From Octopus sinensis (lineage: Eukaryota), in contig NC_043008.1 in assembly GCF_006345805.1 (NCBI RefSeq), forward strand, positions 4,340,001-4,404,000: a DNA stretch of 64,000 nt, read 5' to 3'. Every line of letters begins with the position of its first letter. Position 1 is the stretch's first letter. Shown here piece after piece: positions 61,993 to 64,000 of this stretch. The notes under the pieces are model-generated. The model was not told the DNA's origin and searched no databases. It saw only the letters and a program-made list of their open reading frames with translations. The translations under genes were made by a program, and so were the position numbers.

Positions 61993-62906
61993 GTAAAGAT
62001 GTAGATTCCTCCATGATTCCCCCCCCCCCTTCTCTGTCAGCTCCTCATCTTATTTCAAGAACTTTTCTCTACACCAGTCTTAAAAGTGTGAAAAGTCTGG
62101 TGACAAAATCTTGGAAAAAATTTTTTAATTTTCTAATTTCATACATCATAATAATGGGACGGTGGAAAGATACACAGTAATAATGGGACACTGAGGCCCA
62201 TTACATACTCAGCTCTGAAAAGATATGTTTGCACATCTCAGTAGTAATAATATACAGCCTTCAATGTTATTGACAAACAGAATGACAGAACACATACATG
62301 TATACACACACATACATGTATACACACACACACGTGTATATACACACACACGTGTATATACACACACATGTACGTTTTATGCTTAATTTACAAACATGAG
62401 TATTCTTAGTATAAGGAAGTTATGTCTGTGTCTAGATTAATTTCCTTAGAGTAAGTCTACTGAATGTCTTCATGTTGGTAAATTAAGCATAAAATGTTTT
62501 TATCATTCATTTTTACCAAAAACGTTCTTCAGCAACAGAGATATTATATTTTTAAGTATTCCAATGTTTTCACAATATTCCTCCTTATCTCTTAAATATC
62601 AACTTGATTTTTTTATGGTTGTTTTCATATCTATAAGAAAATATTGTTTACAGAATATAATATATTGATTTTTTTTTTTAAAACATCTTTTGCTGCTATA
62701 TTGTGTATTAAATTTTAGGGTGATATATTTTGGTTGAACTTGTTCACTAAGGATACAATTTCCAGAACACTAATCAATACTGAAACATCAGGAAACTATT
62801 TCAGTCATACTTATCTTGACATTTATTATACTTCATCACAAATCTTTGGTTTAGTCTATCAGTTGTTTCCTTTGCTGTTCGCTGTTTTAAATAACCAATA
62901 TCTTAC

Positions 62907-62950
62907 CTATTAAACCAACTTCATTTGTACCTTCATAAAATGCAAACAAT
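62907..62950 (-). CDS. Candidate internal coding exon (44 nt, phase 2->1)
   Basis: Strong acceptor gttcctttatttgttcctAG| and donor TAG|GTAAGA; only phase 2 is open: (R)LFAFYEGTNEVGLI. Confidence 0.55.
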
Positions 62951-63147
62951 CTAGGAACAAATAAAGGAACAACTAAATAAAACTAAATAAAGTACAAATG
63001 AACCCTAACATCTTCTGAGACAAATAATACATTGAACTATGTAAGGCCTAGGGTACATAAAAAAGAAGGTACGGTGATATTGGAACACTGTTGGTCATAA
63101 ATCTGTCCCCTCAAGGCTGTCTCAGAAAAGAGCTGATGCTGTGTCTT

Positions 63148-63184
<37 letters not shown>

Positions 63185-63305
63185 CACTACTACCACTAGT
63201 AGTAGTACTACTACTACTACTACTCTACACTACTACTACAACTACTACTACTACTACTACTACAACTACTACCACCACCACCACCACTACTACTACTACT
63301 ACACC
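63148..63305. repeat. (CTA/CAC)n trinucleotide microsatellite; other trinucleotide tracts: (AAT)n 20755-20805, (TTA)n 48830-48893 and 53937-54065, (CAT/CCT)n 58240-58292
   Basis: Direct reading. Confidence 0.97.
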
Positions 63306-64000
63306 TCTACTGCCCTTGCTATAAAATCACATTGAAAACTAACTGTAGCTCCTGGTGATACAAAATGCAAACTATAAACTGCGAGGATGTTTGCATCTTA
63401 TTTAAAGAAACCAACGAGAGAGGGCTTCTGTGCATTTGCCTGATCTGCTAAAACCAAAATTGCTTCACTTCCTATCACATGCTACTATCATAATAAGGGT
63501 AAGGGGTATATTGAATCATGTAATCTTTTAATGTCCCTGGTTATAAGCCTGCTCAGTCAGGGTTTACAACAACTGAGTCTACGAAATCAACAGAAAAGAA
63601 AATGATTTTGTGATTTTTCATTAAATTGCCAAAAGTAAAAGCAAAAGTAATCCCAATTAAACATAATCAAAACATATTACTCGTTAGAAGGAACTGGAAA
63701 AATATGCAGGTGCAACTATAACTGTGTTGATTGCAGCCTGCAATTAACAAATGCCTTTTTGAATAGAATTCTAAAGAAAGAAACAATGCAGGTGCACACC
63801 AAATATGGAAATAGCTTTGTTCTAACTTTGTATGCAAGCATGGGTTGGATGGAATTTTTGTTCAGATAGATTTCCTAAGGCCAGCTGCAAACCCTCACCT
63901 GTTTCCAAGTAAGATATTTCTGCCATAATCAGACATGGAAGACCACAGCTTTCATGACAGTCACACACATGACAGAGTTCCACACAGTTTCTCTGTAAAT

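Overview
AT-rich, repeat-dense eukaryotic (animal) genomic DNA, almost entirely intronic/intergenic in character. The SINE families, the (GAT)n-tailed RTE 3' ends and the (TA/TG/CA)n tracts look like an Octopus/coleoid cephalopod genome; this is pattern recognition, not a database check. No intact prokaryote-style gene, rRNA, tRNA gene or CRISPR array is supportable, and most ORF-track entries are microsatellite or TE artefacts. Well supported: (i) three rolling-circle non-autonomous elements in the first 10.2 kb (two TC...hairpin-CTAG Helitrons and one Helentron-like element), one of which splits a piggyBac transposase relic exactly at an A|T; (ii) RTE-clade LINE fragments, three with a PHD-type C4HC3 finger inside the reverse transcriptase; (iii) R4/Dong-like REL-endonuclease retroelements in (TAA)n tracts, two of them tail-to-tail; (iv) mariner, maT-like, Tigger, hAT-like and piggyBac-like relics and MITEs; (v) a 501-bp foldback element with 138-bp TIRs, a 39-bp-stem hairpin and a nested inverted-repeat region of about 900 nt; (vi) many tRNA-derived SINEs. 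Several short minus-strand segments with strong splice signals and open frames (62907-62950, 61231-61305, 34645-34680, 5532-5597, 17-111) suggest the window may be introns of a long minus-strand gene with small exons; I cannot identify its product. I did not find a demonstrably new biological system; the most promising leads are the TE-architecture oddities and potential dsRNA structures. Relic TE and SINE boundaries are approximate (tens of bp) unless termini are stated.
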